This document shows, in pieces, positions 19,040-29,059 of a stretch of 64,000 nucleotides of DNA (positions are counted from its first letter, which is position 1; every line of letters starts with the position of its first letter). Source of the DNA: an uncultured Dyadobacter sp. (GTDB lineage Bacteria > Bacteroidota > Bacteroidia > Cytophagales > Spirosomataceae). The stretch spans positions 968 through 64,967 of the forward strand of contig CAXBLH010000001.1 of NCBI GenBank assembly GCA_963976315.1, in the 5' to 3' direction. A model generated the notes under the pieces. It ran no database searches and was not told the origin of the DNA. It saw nothing but the letters and a program-made list of their open reading frames with translations. Made by a program: the position numbers and the translations under genes.

Positions 19040-21229
19040 ATGGCAAATAAAAAGAAAACGAATAGTACTAACGAAAAACAAGAAAACAGAAAGACTGCCG
19101 ACTTGGCTTCTAACACCTTAGACAGCAGAGAGGAGTTTATGACGACGAATCATGGACTTCGTATTAATGATGACCAAAATTCCTTGAAAGCAGGGGAAAG
19201 AGGTTCCACATTGCTGGAAGATTTTATACTTCGTGAAAAAATTACCCATTTCGATCATGAACGTATTCCGGAACGTGTAGTGCATGCGAGGGGCTCGGGT
19301 GCACACGGTGTTTTTAAATTATACGAACCGATTCCCGCTTTAACCAAAGCTGGTTTTTTGAATGACACTTCTGTTGAAACTCCTGTTTTTGTAAGATTTT
19401 CAACAGTGGCTGGCTCAAAGGGCTCTACTGATTTGGCCAGAGATGTACGTGGTTTTGCGGTAAGGTTTTACACCCAAGAGGGCAACTTCGATCTTGTGGG
19501 TAACAATATGCCAGTTTTTTTTATACAGGATGCCATTAAATTTCCAGACTTAGTACATGCTGTAAAGCCCGAACCTCATAATGAAATGCCGCAGGCAGCT
19601 TCTGCTCACGATACTTTTTGGGACTTTATTTCTCTGATGCCTGAGTCGGCCCACATGGTTATGTGGTTAATGAGCGATCGTGCCATTCCTCGTTCGCTAC
19701 GAATGATGGAAGGGTTTGGCGTGCACACTTTCCGTTTTATTAACGAGGTAGGGGAGTCCAATTTTGTAAAATTCCATTGGAAACCGCTCTTAGGAGTGCA
19801 TTCTGTAGCCTGGGATGAAGCGCAGATTATTTCTGGGAAGGATCCCGATTTTCATAGAAGAGACCTCTGGGATGCTATTGAAAATGGTGATTTCCCTGAG
19901 TGGGAACTGGGGGTTCAGATAATCCCTGAGTCCGACGAATTTAAGTATGATTTTGATCTTTTAGATCCTACGAAACTAATTCCAGAAGAGCTGGTACCCG
20001 TTCAGCGAATAGGTAAAATGACACTCAATCGTAATCCCGACAACTTTTTCGCTGAAACGGAACAGATTGCTTTTCATTTAGGTCACATAGTGCCTGGTAT
20101 TGACTTCTCAAATGATCCTTTATTGCAGGGGCGGTTATTCTCTTATACAGATACCCAATTGTTAAGATTGGGAGGCCCTAATTTTCAGGAAATACCCATT
20201 AACCGTCCGGTTGTGCCGGTTGTTAACAACCAACGCGATGGGCATATGCGCCAGACTATAAACAAAGGAGTGGCGAGTTATAGCCCCAATTCGCTGGGTG
20301 GGGATTTCCCTAATCAAGCCAAAGCTTCGGAACGTGGTTTTACATCTTATCCGGAAAGAATTAGTTCAACGAAAATACGAGCTAGGAGTAAAAGCTTTTT
20401 TGACCATTTTAGTCAAGCAAGATTGTTTTTTAATAGTCAATCCGACTTTGAAAAAAATCATATCGTTGATGCCTTTAGCTTTGAATTAGGTAAAGTAAAA
20501 AGTGTGGAGGTACAGCAACGAATGCTTCGGCAGCTCTCACTGGTAGACAAAGGACTTGCTGCCGCAGTCGCTTTTGCGCTGAGAATTAAAGTACCGAAGT
20601 CGCCGAATGAACCGTTAAATCATAGCGTTCCTGCGGATGGGGATCCGGCGGAGTTTAATTCGTTGCTCTTTGAGCCCACGGATGAAGCTTCCGAAGCATT
20701 AAGTATGGCCAACACCATCAAAGACGGTATAAAAACGCGAAAAATTGCATTTCTTGCTGCCGATGGGGTGGATGCCGCTTCCTTAAATACCGTGAAAGAA
20801 GCCTGTATAGCGGCAGGAGCGACAGTGGAAATTATTGCTCCAAGGCTAAATTATATCCTTTCAGAAGACGACTTGGAGATCCCGGTAGATCATAGCTTTT
20901 TAACGGCAGCTTCGGTATTCTATGATGCAGTTTATGTTCCTGGAGGGGTTAATAGTGTGGCCACGATTGAAGCCGATGCAGATGCGGTACACTTTCTAAA
21001 CCAAGCCTTTAAGCATTGCAAAGCTATTGCAGCGGATAAAGAGGCAATGCAGGTGTTGGAGGCAACGTATTTTTCTAATAAGCTGCCCGCAGATTATTCT
21101 GATGAGACCGTGAAGAGGGAGGGGATTGTTGTAAATGACAATGCGGAAGTTCTTTCAGAAAAATTCATCCTCGCAGTATCCCAACACCGGTTCTGGGACC
21201 GAGAAAAACCTCGCAAAATACCAGCTTAA
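19040..21229 (+). CDS. katE: Catalase HPII (large-subunit monofunctional catalase with C-terminal DJ-1/GATase-like domain)
   Basis: FDHERIPERVVHARG, RFSTVAG, RDVRGFA, RLFSYTDTQ haem-ligand motif, C-terminal AVYVPGG..HCKAI. Confidence 0.97.
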   Translation: MANKKKTNSTNEKQENRKTADLASNTLDSREEFMTTNHGLRINDDQNSLKAGERGSTLLEDFILREKITHFDHERIPERVVHARGSGAHGVFKLYEPIPALTKAGFLNDTSVETPVFVRFSTVAGSKGSTDLARDVRGFAVRFYTQEGNFDLVGNNMPVFFIQDAIKFPDLVHAVKPEPHNEMPQAASAHDTFWDFISLMPESAHMVMWLMSDRAIPRSLRMMEGFGVHTFRFINEVGESNFVKFHWKPLLGVHSVAWDEAQIISGKDPDFHRRDLWDAIENGDFPEWELGVQIIPESDEFKYDFDLLDPTKLIPEELVPVQRIGKMTLNRNPDNFFAETEQIAFHLGHIVPGIDFSNDPLLQGRLFSYTDTQLLRLGGPNFQEIPINRPVVPVVNNQRDGHMRQTINKGVASYSPNSLGGDFPNQAKASERGFTSYPERISSTKIRARSKSFFDHFSQARLFFNSQSDFEKNHIVDAFSFELGKVKSVEVQQRMLRQLSLVDKGLAAAVAFALRIKVPKSPNEPLNHSVPADGDPAEFNSLLFEPTDEASEALSMANTIKDGIKTRKIAFLAADGVDAASLNTVKEACIAAGATVEIIAPRLNYILSEDDLEIPVDHSFLTAASVFYDAVYVPGGVNSVATIEADADAVHFLNQAFKHCKAIAADKEAMQVLEATYFSNKLPADYSDETVKREGIVVNDNAEVLSEKFILAVSQHRFWDREKPRKIPA

Positions 21230-21235
21230 ATACAA

Positions 21236-21268
21236 TAAGAGCCGTTTGGGAATTCCAAACGGCTCTTA
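21236..21268. terminator. Hairpin between convergent katE and ankyrin genes
   Basis: TAAGAGCCGTTTGG-gaatt-CCAAACGGCTCTTA, perfect 14-bp stem. Confidence 0.8.
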
Positions 21269-21286
21269 ATGTATTGAATGGGAAAT

Positions 21287-21757
21287 TTAAGAAAGAAGTG
21301 CTACGCCCATTTCATTTCCTTGTTGTTGCGCCAAGTCTTTTGCCGAAAGTCCTCGGCTGTCCAGCAAGGTGGTATCTGCACCTCGGTCAATCAATAATTT
21401 AACCAAGTCGTTTCTACCGAACATACAAGCAAACATGAGGGCGGTACCACCATTCCCGTGTTGCATATTAAGTGCTGCACCATTATCTATCAAAAGTTTT
21501 GCGATACCCAGGTAGCCTTTAAACGATGCTCCCATTAATGCGGTATTTCCTCCATAATCGGAAGCGTTGACGTCCGCTCCAGCACTTATAAGTAACTTGG
21601 CTGCCCTCAGATGGTCATTATAGCAGGCAATGATAAGAGGGGTATACCCCTTTTGATCCTGAACGTTGATATTTATTCCACTTTTGATGATTTCCATTAG
21701 CACAGGTACATTCCCTTGTCTTGCGGCATGGATAATTATTTCATTCGTTACTTCCAT
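21287..21757 (-). CDS. Ankyrin-repeat protein (catalase-associated type)
   Basis: Repeats GYTPLIIAC, GNTALMGAS, GGTALMFAC, each followed by LL..GA. Confidence 0.92.
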   Translation of the reverse strand: MEVTNEIIIHAARQGNVPVLMEIIKSGININVQDQKGYTPLIIACYNDHLRAAKLLISAGADVNASDYGGNTALMGASFKGYLGIAKLLIDNGAALNMQHGNGGTALMFACMFGRNDLVKLLIDRGADTTLLDSRGLSAKDLAQQQGNEMGVALLS

Positions 21758-21816
21758 TGTATGAAATTATAAATTAGAGTAGTTTTTTTGTCCATAAAGA
21801 CACTGCTATTTTCCTA

Positions 21817-21831
21817 CCAAAAATTGTTCCA
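21817..21831 (-). promoter_or_regulatory. Sigma54-like -24/-12 element for the ankyrin gene
   Basis: TGGAAC-AATTT-TTGG versus consensus TGGCAC-N5-TTGC. Confidence 0.5.
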
Positions 21832-21875
21832 GCATTTTCTATACCCTCATAGTGAATCTGAAAGAGCAGTACCGC

Positions 21876-21890
21876 TGGTATACTTATTGT
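21876..21890 (+). promoter_or_regulatory. Sigma54-like -24/-12 element for the 21931 operon
   Basis: TGGTAT-ACTTA-TTGT. Confidence 0.5.
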
Positions 21891-21930
21891 AATACCTCTT
21901 CTGTGAACGAGTATTATCCAGATAGCTAAA

Positions 21931-22557
21931 ATGATGTTAAGTATGAAAGAAAAAGAGCAAACCGGAATTATTCCGGAAGGAAATGGTGGAAAGGATATTA
22001 CAGTGGAGGTGGAGCAGGTTCAGCCAGACCTCCAAACTGCAATAATCGCTTTTCAGAAAGCTAAAATTCGACTACTGGATGTAAATCGTTGGGATGAATT
22101 CGCAGGTAAGATTTTTGCAAACTTTCAGTTGATGGACGCAGAGGGTCAAAAACGCCTTGGTTCAGTAATGCGCGGCGATTATATAAAAATTGATATCCTG
22201 GGTCCTGGTTCCCATTCCGGTGATGGGAATGACTGGGTATTTGTAGAAGAGATGGAAGCATCGGCTCTTGAAAATGGGGATTTCGTTGGGTTCAGAGTAA
22301 GGCCCATTTCTAATCCAACCAAACCTGACGATGATTCCGTAGCCCATTTTTATGATAGGGGGTCTACTAGCTCTTTTACGGTCACACGAACTGGCGAGAA
22401 GGTTATAGTGGGAATCTATGATAAAAATATCGAGATCAACACCGATTCAGACTTGGCCGTTGATAATGCCAGAAATCGCCTTTACGGGGCTATTGCAAAG
22501 ACATTTTTCTCGAAAGTACAATGGGAATTACTGGCCGAAGGTATCCTTAGAGAATAA
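21931..22557 (+). CDS. Hypothetical protein
   Basis: 208-aa ORF with protein-like composition (RLLDVNRW, GDYIKIDILGPG, DWVFVE, HFY..STSSF); no family assigned. Confidence 0.75.
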   Translation: MMLSMKEKEQTGIIPEGNGGKDITVEVEQVQPDLQTAIIAFQKAKIRLLDVNRWDEFAGKIFANFQLMDAEGQKRLGSVMRGDYIKIDILGPGSHSGDGNDWVFVEEMEASALENGDFVGFRVRPISNPTKPDDDSVAHFYDRGSTSSFTVTRTGEKVIVGIYDKNIEINTDSDLAVDNARNRLYGAIAKTFFSKVQWELLAEGILRE

Positions 22558-22585
22558 TTGAAGATTCACTTAAATCACTGTCCAA

Positions 22586-22996
22586 ATGAAAGATAATAAT
22601 CTGTTGGTTATGATTGATGATGACCGAGACGACCACGAAATATTTAGTATTGCGCTCTCCGAATTGGAAAAGCCCATAAAGTTATTATCATTTTCTGATT
22701 GTGAACAAGCTATTTCACATTTTGAAAAATCAAATGTGGACACCCCTGCGTTTGTTTTTATGGATTTCACATTACCACGTACGGATGGTGCGTCTTGTTT
22801 GTTGAACCTACAAAAACTGTCTCAGTTTGATCATCCATGTATAATCATTTATTCGGGTGCACTTCCTGTGCCGTGGATTAGTCAATTGAAAGCGATTGGG
22901 GTGGAGAAATTCATGAAGAAGACGGGCTCGATCCCTTCCCTCACGGAACAATTAAAAGACTTGCTGGAAGACGGGGTGCCGGTAAAAGAGAAGTGA
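22586..22996 (+). CDS. Single-domain response regulator (receiver only)
   Basis: IDDDRDD acidic pocket, FMDFTLP phospho-acceptor Asp, IIYS, FMKK. Confidence 0.9.
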   Translation: MKDNNLLVMIDDDRDDHEIFSIALSELEKPIKLLSFSDCEQAISHFEKSNVDTPAFVFMDFTLPRTDGASCLLNLQKLSQFDHPCIIIYSGALPVPWISQLKAIGVEKFMKKTGSIPSLTEQLKDLLEDGVPVKEK

Positions 22997-23087
22997 ATTA
23001 CAGTAGGAGCGTTTGTTCAAATTTTAATAATGATACACTTTTTACTGAGCACGTTTTTACTTTATATCCTAATTTTTAATAAACCTA

Positions 23088-24350
23088 ATGACTAATTTTG
23101 TTCCCGAAAATCAGGTATTTCAGCTTGAAAAGTCTTCGAAAAAGAAAATTGAAAATCCCTTCCAGACATTTTGGATGGCAGGCTTTGAATGTACAGATCA
23201 ACTCAATGTCCATGGGGAACGGGTTGACTTTCTGAACATAACCAACCATTTCGAGCAAGTGGATAAGGACTATTCCGCTTTGTTGGGTCTAAATATGCAG
23301 GTGGTAAGGGAGGGGTTGCGGTGGAGTCAAATAGAGAAGACTCCTTATAGCTATGATTTTGATACTATTCGCAGTATGATTCATGCCGGAACCAATGCTG
23401 GTGTCCAACAAATATGGGACTTATGTCATTTTGGTTTTCCAGAAGATCTTACACCGCTGCACCCTCATTTTACCAAACGCTTTGAGTCGTATTGCCGTGC
23501 ATTTGCACTTTTTTACAAAAGTCTAAATCCTAACCATGTACTCCTAGTAACCCCTATCAATGAAGTGGGTTTTATGTCATGGTTAGGAGGGGACGTTGCC
23601 GCTACCTCGCCCTATTGCTTTAACAATGGATGGCACGTAAAATATGCCTATGTCAAAGCCTATATAGCCGGGATAAGGGCACTTAAACAAGTGGATCCGG
23701 GTGTACGTATAATCACTACCGAACCACTTGTAAGTGTTACAGGGCATCCTCTGGCCAGCGCCCAGGATAAGGAAAATGCTGCTCTTGAAAACCAACTTCA
23801 GTTTCAGGTATTAGATATGCTCAGTGGTAGGATATGTCCGGAGCTGGGAGGGAAGGAGGACTATCTTGATATTATTGGGTGTAACTATTATTACAATAAC
23901 CAGTGGATTCGATCACCTTATGAGGTATTAACGTGGAACCATCTCCAGCCTCATGAAAATTATAGAGAGCCCTCAGGTATGATGTACGAGTTGTTCCAAA
24001 GGTATAATCGCCCCCTCTTACTTTCGGAGACCAGTCATCCGGGAGTTGACAAGCCCATATGGGTGCGATACATTACCCACGAGGTAAGTAAGCTATTAAA
24101 ACAAGATATCCCTTTTTGGGGAATATGCTGGTATCCAGTGATCGACAGGCCAGATTGGGACAATTTGGACGAATGGCACCATGCAGGGATTTGGGATCGT
24201 ATCGGTGATTTGCCGGAACACCAAAGGGTATTACACCAGCCTACTGCTCACGCTTTAAAGGAAGTGCAGGAAATCTTGACAGACCTTCTCCTGGGGTGTA
24301 AGCATCAAAATTTCTATGAAATAGATTCAATTTCCACTTCCTCGCTGTGA
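23088..24350 (+). CDS. GH1-like (clan A) glycoside hydrolase
   Basis: WMAGFEC, REGLRW, WDLCHFG, TPINE acid/base, CNYY, LSETS nucleophile, GICWYP. Confidence 0.8.
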   Translation: MTNFVPENQVFQLEKSSKKKIENPFQTFWMAGFECTDQLNVHGERVDFLNITNHFEQVDKDYSALLGLNMQVVREGLRWSQIEKTPYSYDFDTIRSMIHAGTNAGVQQIWDLCHFGFPEDLTPLHPHFTKRFESYCRAFALFYKSLNPNHVLLVTPINEVGFMSWLGGDVAATSPYCFNNGWHVKYAYVKAYIAGIRALKQVDPGVRIITTEPLVSVTGHPLASAQDKENAALENQLQFQVLDMLSGRICPELGGKEDYLDIIGCNYYYNNQWIRSPYEVLTWNHLQPHENYREPSGMMYELFQRYNRPLLLSETSHPGVDKPIWVRYITHEVSKLLKQDIPFWGICWYPVIDRPDWDNLDEWHHAGIWDRIGDLPEHQRVLHQPTAHALKEVQEILTDLLLGCKHQNFYEIDSISTSSL

Positions 24351-24607
24351 TTTTGATTCCAGCTGACTATTACACCTTAGTAGCACCCCAATAGACCGGG
24401 GTGTATTTAAGTGAATTCGCCGAGAATAAAAATACTTTTCCAAATACTTGTAGATCCGCAGCTACGCAAAATGTGGAGGGAGGTCTACGCAATAGGACGA
24501 CTCTAAATGGGGCTCTTTTTCAAGTGGAATTTTACTTTTAAACAAAAGTTTTGCTACCGTCAGAAAATCGCACTTTTTTCTAAAATTAACCTCCATTAGA
24601 CCAAGTT

Positions 24608-24622
24608 TGGTATGCGTTTTTT
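24608..24622 (+). promoter_or_regulatory. Degenerate sigma54-like element for the YciF-type gene
   Basis: TGGTAT-GCGTT-TTTT (-12 half imperfect). Confidence 0.35.
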
Positions 24623-24674
24623 ATAATCACAATTAATACTAACAAATTTAAAAACAACCTATAATACTTAACTT

Positions 24675-25220
24675 ATGAAAACGAATAAAGGAAAAAAAGC
24701 AGTTTCAAATAAAATTAATGAGCAAGACAGCGAGAAACTAAAGGAGCTCTTTGTGGATGGACTGAAAGACATCTACTGGGCGGAGAAACATTTGACGAAA
24801 GCTTTGACTAAAATGTCAAAAAATACTACCTCCGAGGAGCTGAAGTCGGCTTTTGAAGAACATACTTCACAAACGGAGCAGCATGTAGCCACCTTGGAAC
24901 AAGTGTTTGAAATGGTGGGAGAAAAAGCTCAAGCGAAAAAATGTGCGGCTATGGAAGGACTCATTGAAGAGGCCGAAGAAATTATTAGCAGTACCGACAA
25001 AGGTACCATGGTGCGCGACTGTGGTTTGATAATGGCCGCCCAAAAAGTGGAACATTATGAAATGGCATCTTACGGTACCTTGAGGAACATTGCACGTACC
25101 CTTGGTTATGAGGATGCCGCAAACCTGCTTCAACAGACGCTAGATCAAGAAGGAGAAACCGATCATCTACTGACTGAACTCGCAGAAACTTATGTGAATG
25201 AGGAAGCAAGTGCAGAGTAG
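24675..25220 (+). CDS. yciF: YciE/YciF ferritin-like protein (DUF892)
   Basis: LKDIYWAEK, H..QTEQH, KKCAAMEGLIEE, AAQKVEHYEMASYGTL, TLDQEGETD. Confidence 0.93.
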   Translation: MKTNKGKKAVSNKINEQDSEKLKELFVDGLKDIYWAEKHLTKALTKMSKNTTSEELKSAFEEHTSQTEQHVATLEQVFEMVGEKAQAKKCAAMEGLIEEAEEIISSTDKGTMVRDCGLIMAAQKVEHYEMASYGTLRNIARTLGYEDAANLLQQTLDQEGETDHLLTELAETYVNEEASAE

Positions 25221-25235
25221 TTGTTTTTTCAAATG

Positions 25236-25272
25236 ACAATAAAAAAGAGCCGTTAAGGCTCTTTTTTATTGT
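25236..25272. terminator. Bidirectional intrinsic terminator
   Basis: ACAATAAAAAAGAGCC-gttaa-GGCTCTTTTTTATTGT between convergent genes. Confidence 0.88.
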
Positions 25273-25313
25273 GACCTATTTAGGGCCTGTTTAAAAATTA
25301 ACCAATAGTTTGT

Positions 25314-26528
25314 TTATGCTCCCCGACTTAAAGTTATATAAGGTAAGTTGATAAGTTCCTGATGGTTAGCATGTCGGGTGATATACGCTTGGTTCATTTC
25401 TGAAACCATGTTGGAGAATGTGATATCCCAAGACATTGTGTCGAGAAACAGGTCGGCTTTGGTAAGCCAATCGATTTTATCTGCACTAGTTAGCCAAAAG
25501 GAGATGGCTTCTATAAATTCCTCACTGGTATGGGCAATAGAAACCAGCCCAGTATCTCCATAAGGATCAATAATATCCTGAATAGGCGTTGAAACCACGG
25601 GGCGCCCTGCACACAAGTACTCCGGTGTTTTGGTAGGACTCACAAACTGGGTGGACTCATTAATCAGGAAGGGAACCATGGCCACATCCCAGCCCGACAA
25701 ATAGAGGGGGAGCTCTTGGTAATTTTTGGGTCCCAAATAATAAATATTTGATCGTTGGGGTAGCTGCGCGGGGTCAATTTTAACCACTGGGCCAATGACA
25801 ATAACCTTCCAATCTTGGTGTGAATCAGCGATTTTTTCAATCAACGATAAATCAAACCTTTCGTCAATGACTCCATAGAATCCTATTTTTGTTCCTTTGA
25901 TACTGGCCTGATCCTTCGGTTCAGGAGGGGTTTGACGAGCAGAAAAGAAATGATTTTTATCAATACTGCTGGGAAAGGAAAAAATATTATTGTGAAGGTG
26001 TTTTTTTGCTTTGAAAAGAGAATTCCCACCAGTAAATACAACATCGGCAGCTTGCAAAAGGCGCTGTTCCATCGATTTTAGAGCGTCGGGTGCAAATTTA
26101 AAAGCAGCAAGTTCATCCATACAATCGTAAACGGTAAGCCCAGCCGTGATGTGTTGTGAGAATTCAAGTGCCATCGGGGTATAGTACCAAAATGTAAAGT
26201 CGGCTGGGTTTCTTCCTAAAAAGAAAAAATCCAATAGCTGCGTTAATTCTGATATGATCTGATGGTGCTCCAAACCTGAGGGTATATGCGGTATACATAC
26301 CCATAGGTTATCTTCTCTTTTCGATACCGCTAAATAGGATTTATCGGTATCGATAAGTACAGGTTCTTCTAAAAAATAGACCGCAGCTACCTTGCTAAAT
26401 CTGCTCAGGAGGTGCTGTGGGCGCTGGTAAACGAAATCCCAGCGCAGGTGGGAAAAGCATAAAAGGTTTTTTGGTAAACACGCTTCCGTGGACGTTAAGG
26501 GGTTATTTTCTAATGTTGTGGAATTCAT
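25314..26528 (-). CDS. GT-B fold glycosyltransferase (type usually linked to UDP-galactopyranose mutase)
   Basis: CFSHLRWDFVYQRPQHLL, WYYTPMA, YDCMDEL, GVIDERFD, SPTKTPEYL..GRPVVST. Confidence 0.9.
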   Translation of the reverse strand: MNSTTLENNPLTSTEACLPKNLLCFSHLRWDFVYQRPQHLLSRFSKVAAVYFLEEPVLIDTDKSYLAVSKREDNLWVCIPHIPSGLEHHQIISELTQLLDFFFLGRNPADFTFWYYTPMALEFSQHITAGLTVYDCMDELAAFKFAPDALKSMEQRLLQAADVVFTGGNSLFKAKKHLHNNIFSFPSSIDKNHFFSARQTPPEPKDQASIKGTKIGFYGVIDERFDLSLIEKIADSHQDWKVIVIGPVVKIDPAQLPQRSNIYYLGPKNYQELPLYLSGWDVAMVPFLINESTQFVSPTKTPEYLCAGRPVVSTPIQDIIDPYGDTGLVSIAHTSEEFIEAISFWLTSADKIDWLTKADLFLDTMSWDITFSNMVSEMNQAYITRHANHQELINLPYITLSRGA

Positions 26529-26568
26529 AGTTTATTGTGAATTTAGGATTGATGTTTGTGTTAGGTAT

Positions 26569-26583
26569 TCAAATATTATTCCA
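26569..26583 (-). promoter_or_regulatory. Sigma54-like -24/-12 element for the glycosyltransferase
   Basis: TGGAAT-AATAT-TTGA, about 40 nt upstream of ATG. Confidence 0.5.
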
Positions 26584-27097
26584 TTTGCCAAGTCTGCCTG
26601 ATTCGAATCCTTACTCTTAATTTTATATTTATGCTACTCCCCAGAATGGGAATTCCTACTCTGTTTAATCCTATTTGGGTTTGGGATTTGTGGAATTCAA
26701 CGAACAGTATACGCTCGTCGGTAAGGTAGTTTGAAGCGTGTATTTGGTCAAAATTAAAGACTCCTAATCCTGTGCTACCCGCATTTCTCTTTCTTCATAA
26801 TCGTTCCTATCCATTATTTTTTTAGCATATTATCTTCTAAATCTGGATGATTTCTTATGGCGTATTACTTTGATTTATTAATACACATGAATAAGACTTT
26901 CTGCCAGAACATGGAATGTTATTACTCCCATGTACCTATTCCCGAATTTGCTATTCACTCCATTGAAAGGAAGCATATCCCCAATTGGAAGTCACACCAT
27001 TTTAGCGATTTAATAAGTGCTCCTTTTTTTGTAAGAAATTGAACTCTAATCCCGGGAATGGATAGTAGAGACTGGTTGGAAAGGAATAGTACCTGTC

Positions 27098-27139
27098 CCA
27101 TTTGCATTAAAATGTTCTTTTAATGCAAATGGCTTTTTT
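27098..27139 (+). terminator. Hairpin with plus-strand T-tract
   Basis: CCATTTGCATTAAAA-tgttc-TTTTAATGCAAATGG then CTTTTTT; may also end the minus-strand FAD gene transcript. Confidence 0.7.
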
Positions 27140-27198
27140 GGTATAGACCTGTTATCTGAATCCAGCTCTATGGTCCTGATGGTGCCTGGTTGAAAGTC

Positions 27199-28923
27199 TT
27201 AGGAATGGCAAATATGATCCACAATACTAGCAGAAGCCTGTTCGCAAAAATCCAATCCCGAATAGTCGGGGTTGTACCCACCCATATAGGGTACTGCCAT
27301 CATATAAATACGTTTGTTGGCCAGGGCATTACTGCCAATCACCTGGAAATTATCATTAATCGTAATGCCAGAGACTTTGAGATAATAGGTGCCGTCTATG
27401 TCCTGCTCCATTCTTTCGGGTTCCTTTTCCAGCATGGCTTTTGCTTGCTCCTCCGACCGAAACCTGATTCTACCCGGGCTTACTGTTTTATTTTCGATTA
27501 AACCTTTAAAAGGTAAATCTTCTAGGTTCAAATGAGGTTGACCAATGCAGTCCACAAATGTGCTAAAATAAACCTCCTGATAAGCGCCCTGTTCCTCCGT
27601 ATAATGATAAATAATTCCCCCGTTTTCCTGCGGCACCACTTGACTATCGGCATCTACCGTTACGATCTCAAGTTTGCCTGCCTCCTGTAACGCCAGCAGT
27701 TCCTGGGCGGAACCTTGGGGCACAAATGCGATCACAATGGATATCAAAGGCAAAAGCATATTTTGCATCCGTATCATATCTTCAGCTGAAAGGTATTTTG
27801 CGGGATAGTTCATCACAAAGCTGAGTATGGCCAGCACCTCCTTCCAATGAATAGACTCCTGTTTTTTAATGGATTGCTCCGCTTGAAGGTATTCCGCTCG
27901 AAAGAGTGTAAAGGGTTCCACTTTTTCTCTACGATCCATCATTAGCCCCACAAATTCTTCCATCTTCATTTCCTGGATGAATCCATAAAGTGTAGGGTCT
28001 TTGTCCTTAATGAGGTCTTTAAAACCTTTTTCAAAAATATAATCCAAGGAAACAAAACCTTCATTACTCGCCATGTGCGCTGCGAGCTGTTGCTTGGTAA
28101 GCAAGGATTCCGTGGATAATAATGGGTCTTCCAAATGGAAACGGATCGCTGGAAGCATGCCACTGCGGGTATGCATCACCATCCTGAAATCTTCGGAACC
28201 AATATGGTGTGTGTAGGCAATTTTTCCGTCCTCGCTCTTTTCAAAATGCCCATTACATCTGGCTAGGGTTCGAACGGCATCAATTGCGGTCAAAGAGGAG
28301 CCACGGATAGCCACTGCATGGTTCATCGTCCTCTTAAGTTTGGAGGGCGGATAAGGAGAGTCAAAATAACCGGGAACCTTTCCTTCCTTTTTGCTGGGCC
28401 AATTATGTCCCGTGCACACGATTACCCGCTCATAATCATGCAGTTCTCCGCCTTCAATCTGAACTTGGACTATATTGCGACCCGGCTGATCGACAATGTC
28501 TGCTACCTTGCTTGACAAATGCACAATTGTTTTGAGCCCCAACTTCTCCGCTTTTTCAAGTAATAAAGAAAACTGCTCCGATAGGTACTGTCCGAACAGG
28601 AGTCTTGGCAGTACTTTATAATCATTAAACCGTTTTTTATCGATCTCAAAACCATTCAAAATTCCCTGTGGAACAGTTTGTATCCACTGCTGGATGGAGG
28701 TGACAATTTCAGGCACTTCATTGCCTGAAACATTGGTGATATGTTCGCTATTGGCTCCATCAAAGCTATAGGGCATTCCTGCTCCTAAGAGTTGCTTACT
28801 TTCATGGATATGAATTTCTATATCTGTGCGACCAGTTTCTACAAACCGTTTATAAATAAACAAGGCACTGGGGCCGCCACCTAATAGGGCTATACGTTCC
28901 TTATGCTTTTCAAAATTCATCAA
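27199..28923 (-). CDS. FAD/NAD(P)-binding oxidoreductase-like protein
   Basis: N-terminal Rossmann IALLGGGPSAL, LGAGMPY, LPRLLFGQYL, CTGH, IRGSSLTAIDA, DCIGQ. Confidence 0.85.
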   Translation of the reverse strand: MMNFEKHKERIALLGGGPSALFIYKRFVETGRTDIEIHIHESKQLLGAGMPYSFDGANSEHITNVSGNEVPEIVTSIQQWIQTVPQGILNGFEIDKKRFNDYKVLPRLLFGQYLSEQFSLLLEKAEKLGLKTIVHLSSKVADIVDQPGRNIVQVQIEGGELHDYERVIVCTGHNWPSKKEGKVPGYFDSPYPPSKLKRTMNHAVAIRGSSLTAIDAVRTLARCNGHFEKSEDGKIAYTHHIGSEDFRMVMHTRSGMLPAIRFHLEDPLLSTESLLTKQQLAAHMASNEGFVSLDYIFEKGFKDLIKDKDPTLYGFIQEMKMEEFVGLMMDRREKVEPFTLFRAEYLQAEQSIKKQESIHWKEVLAILSFVMNYPAKYLSAEDMIRMQNMLLPLISIVIAFVPQGSAQELLALQEAGKLEIVTVDADSQVVPQENGGIIYHYTEEQGAYQEVYFSTFVDCIGQPHLNLEDLPFKGLIENKTVSPGRIRFRSEEQAKAMLEKEPERMEQDIDGTYYLKVSGITINDNFQVIGSNALANKRIYMMAVPYMGGYNPDYSGLDFCEQASASIVDHICHS

Positions 28924-28986
28924 TTCGAATTTTATTTGAATGGTAATAAATAGTTTAACACCGCCCTACCTTTTCATGAAAGATTA

Positions 28987-29033
28987 ACCAAAACCACTCC
29001 TCGAATATAGTGAAACGAGTAGTGGTTTTTGGT
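28987..29033 (-). terminator. Hairpin between GH13 and FAD-protein genes
   Basis: ACCAAAACCACTCCTCG...CGAGTAGTGGTTTTTGGT imperfect inverted repeat. Confidence 0.55.
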
Positions 29034-29059
29034 ATTGCTTTTGGCAAGGATAGTGAGGC

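Noticed and set aside
18635-19116. Short ORFs between susD and katE
   Set aside because: Overlapping on both strands, no motifs; cannot be supported as genes
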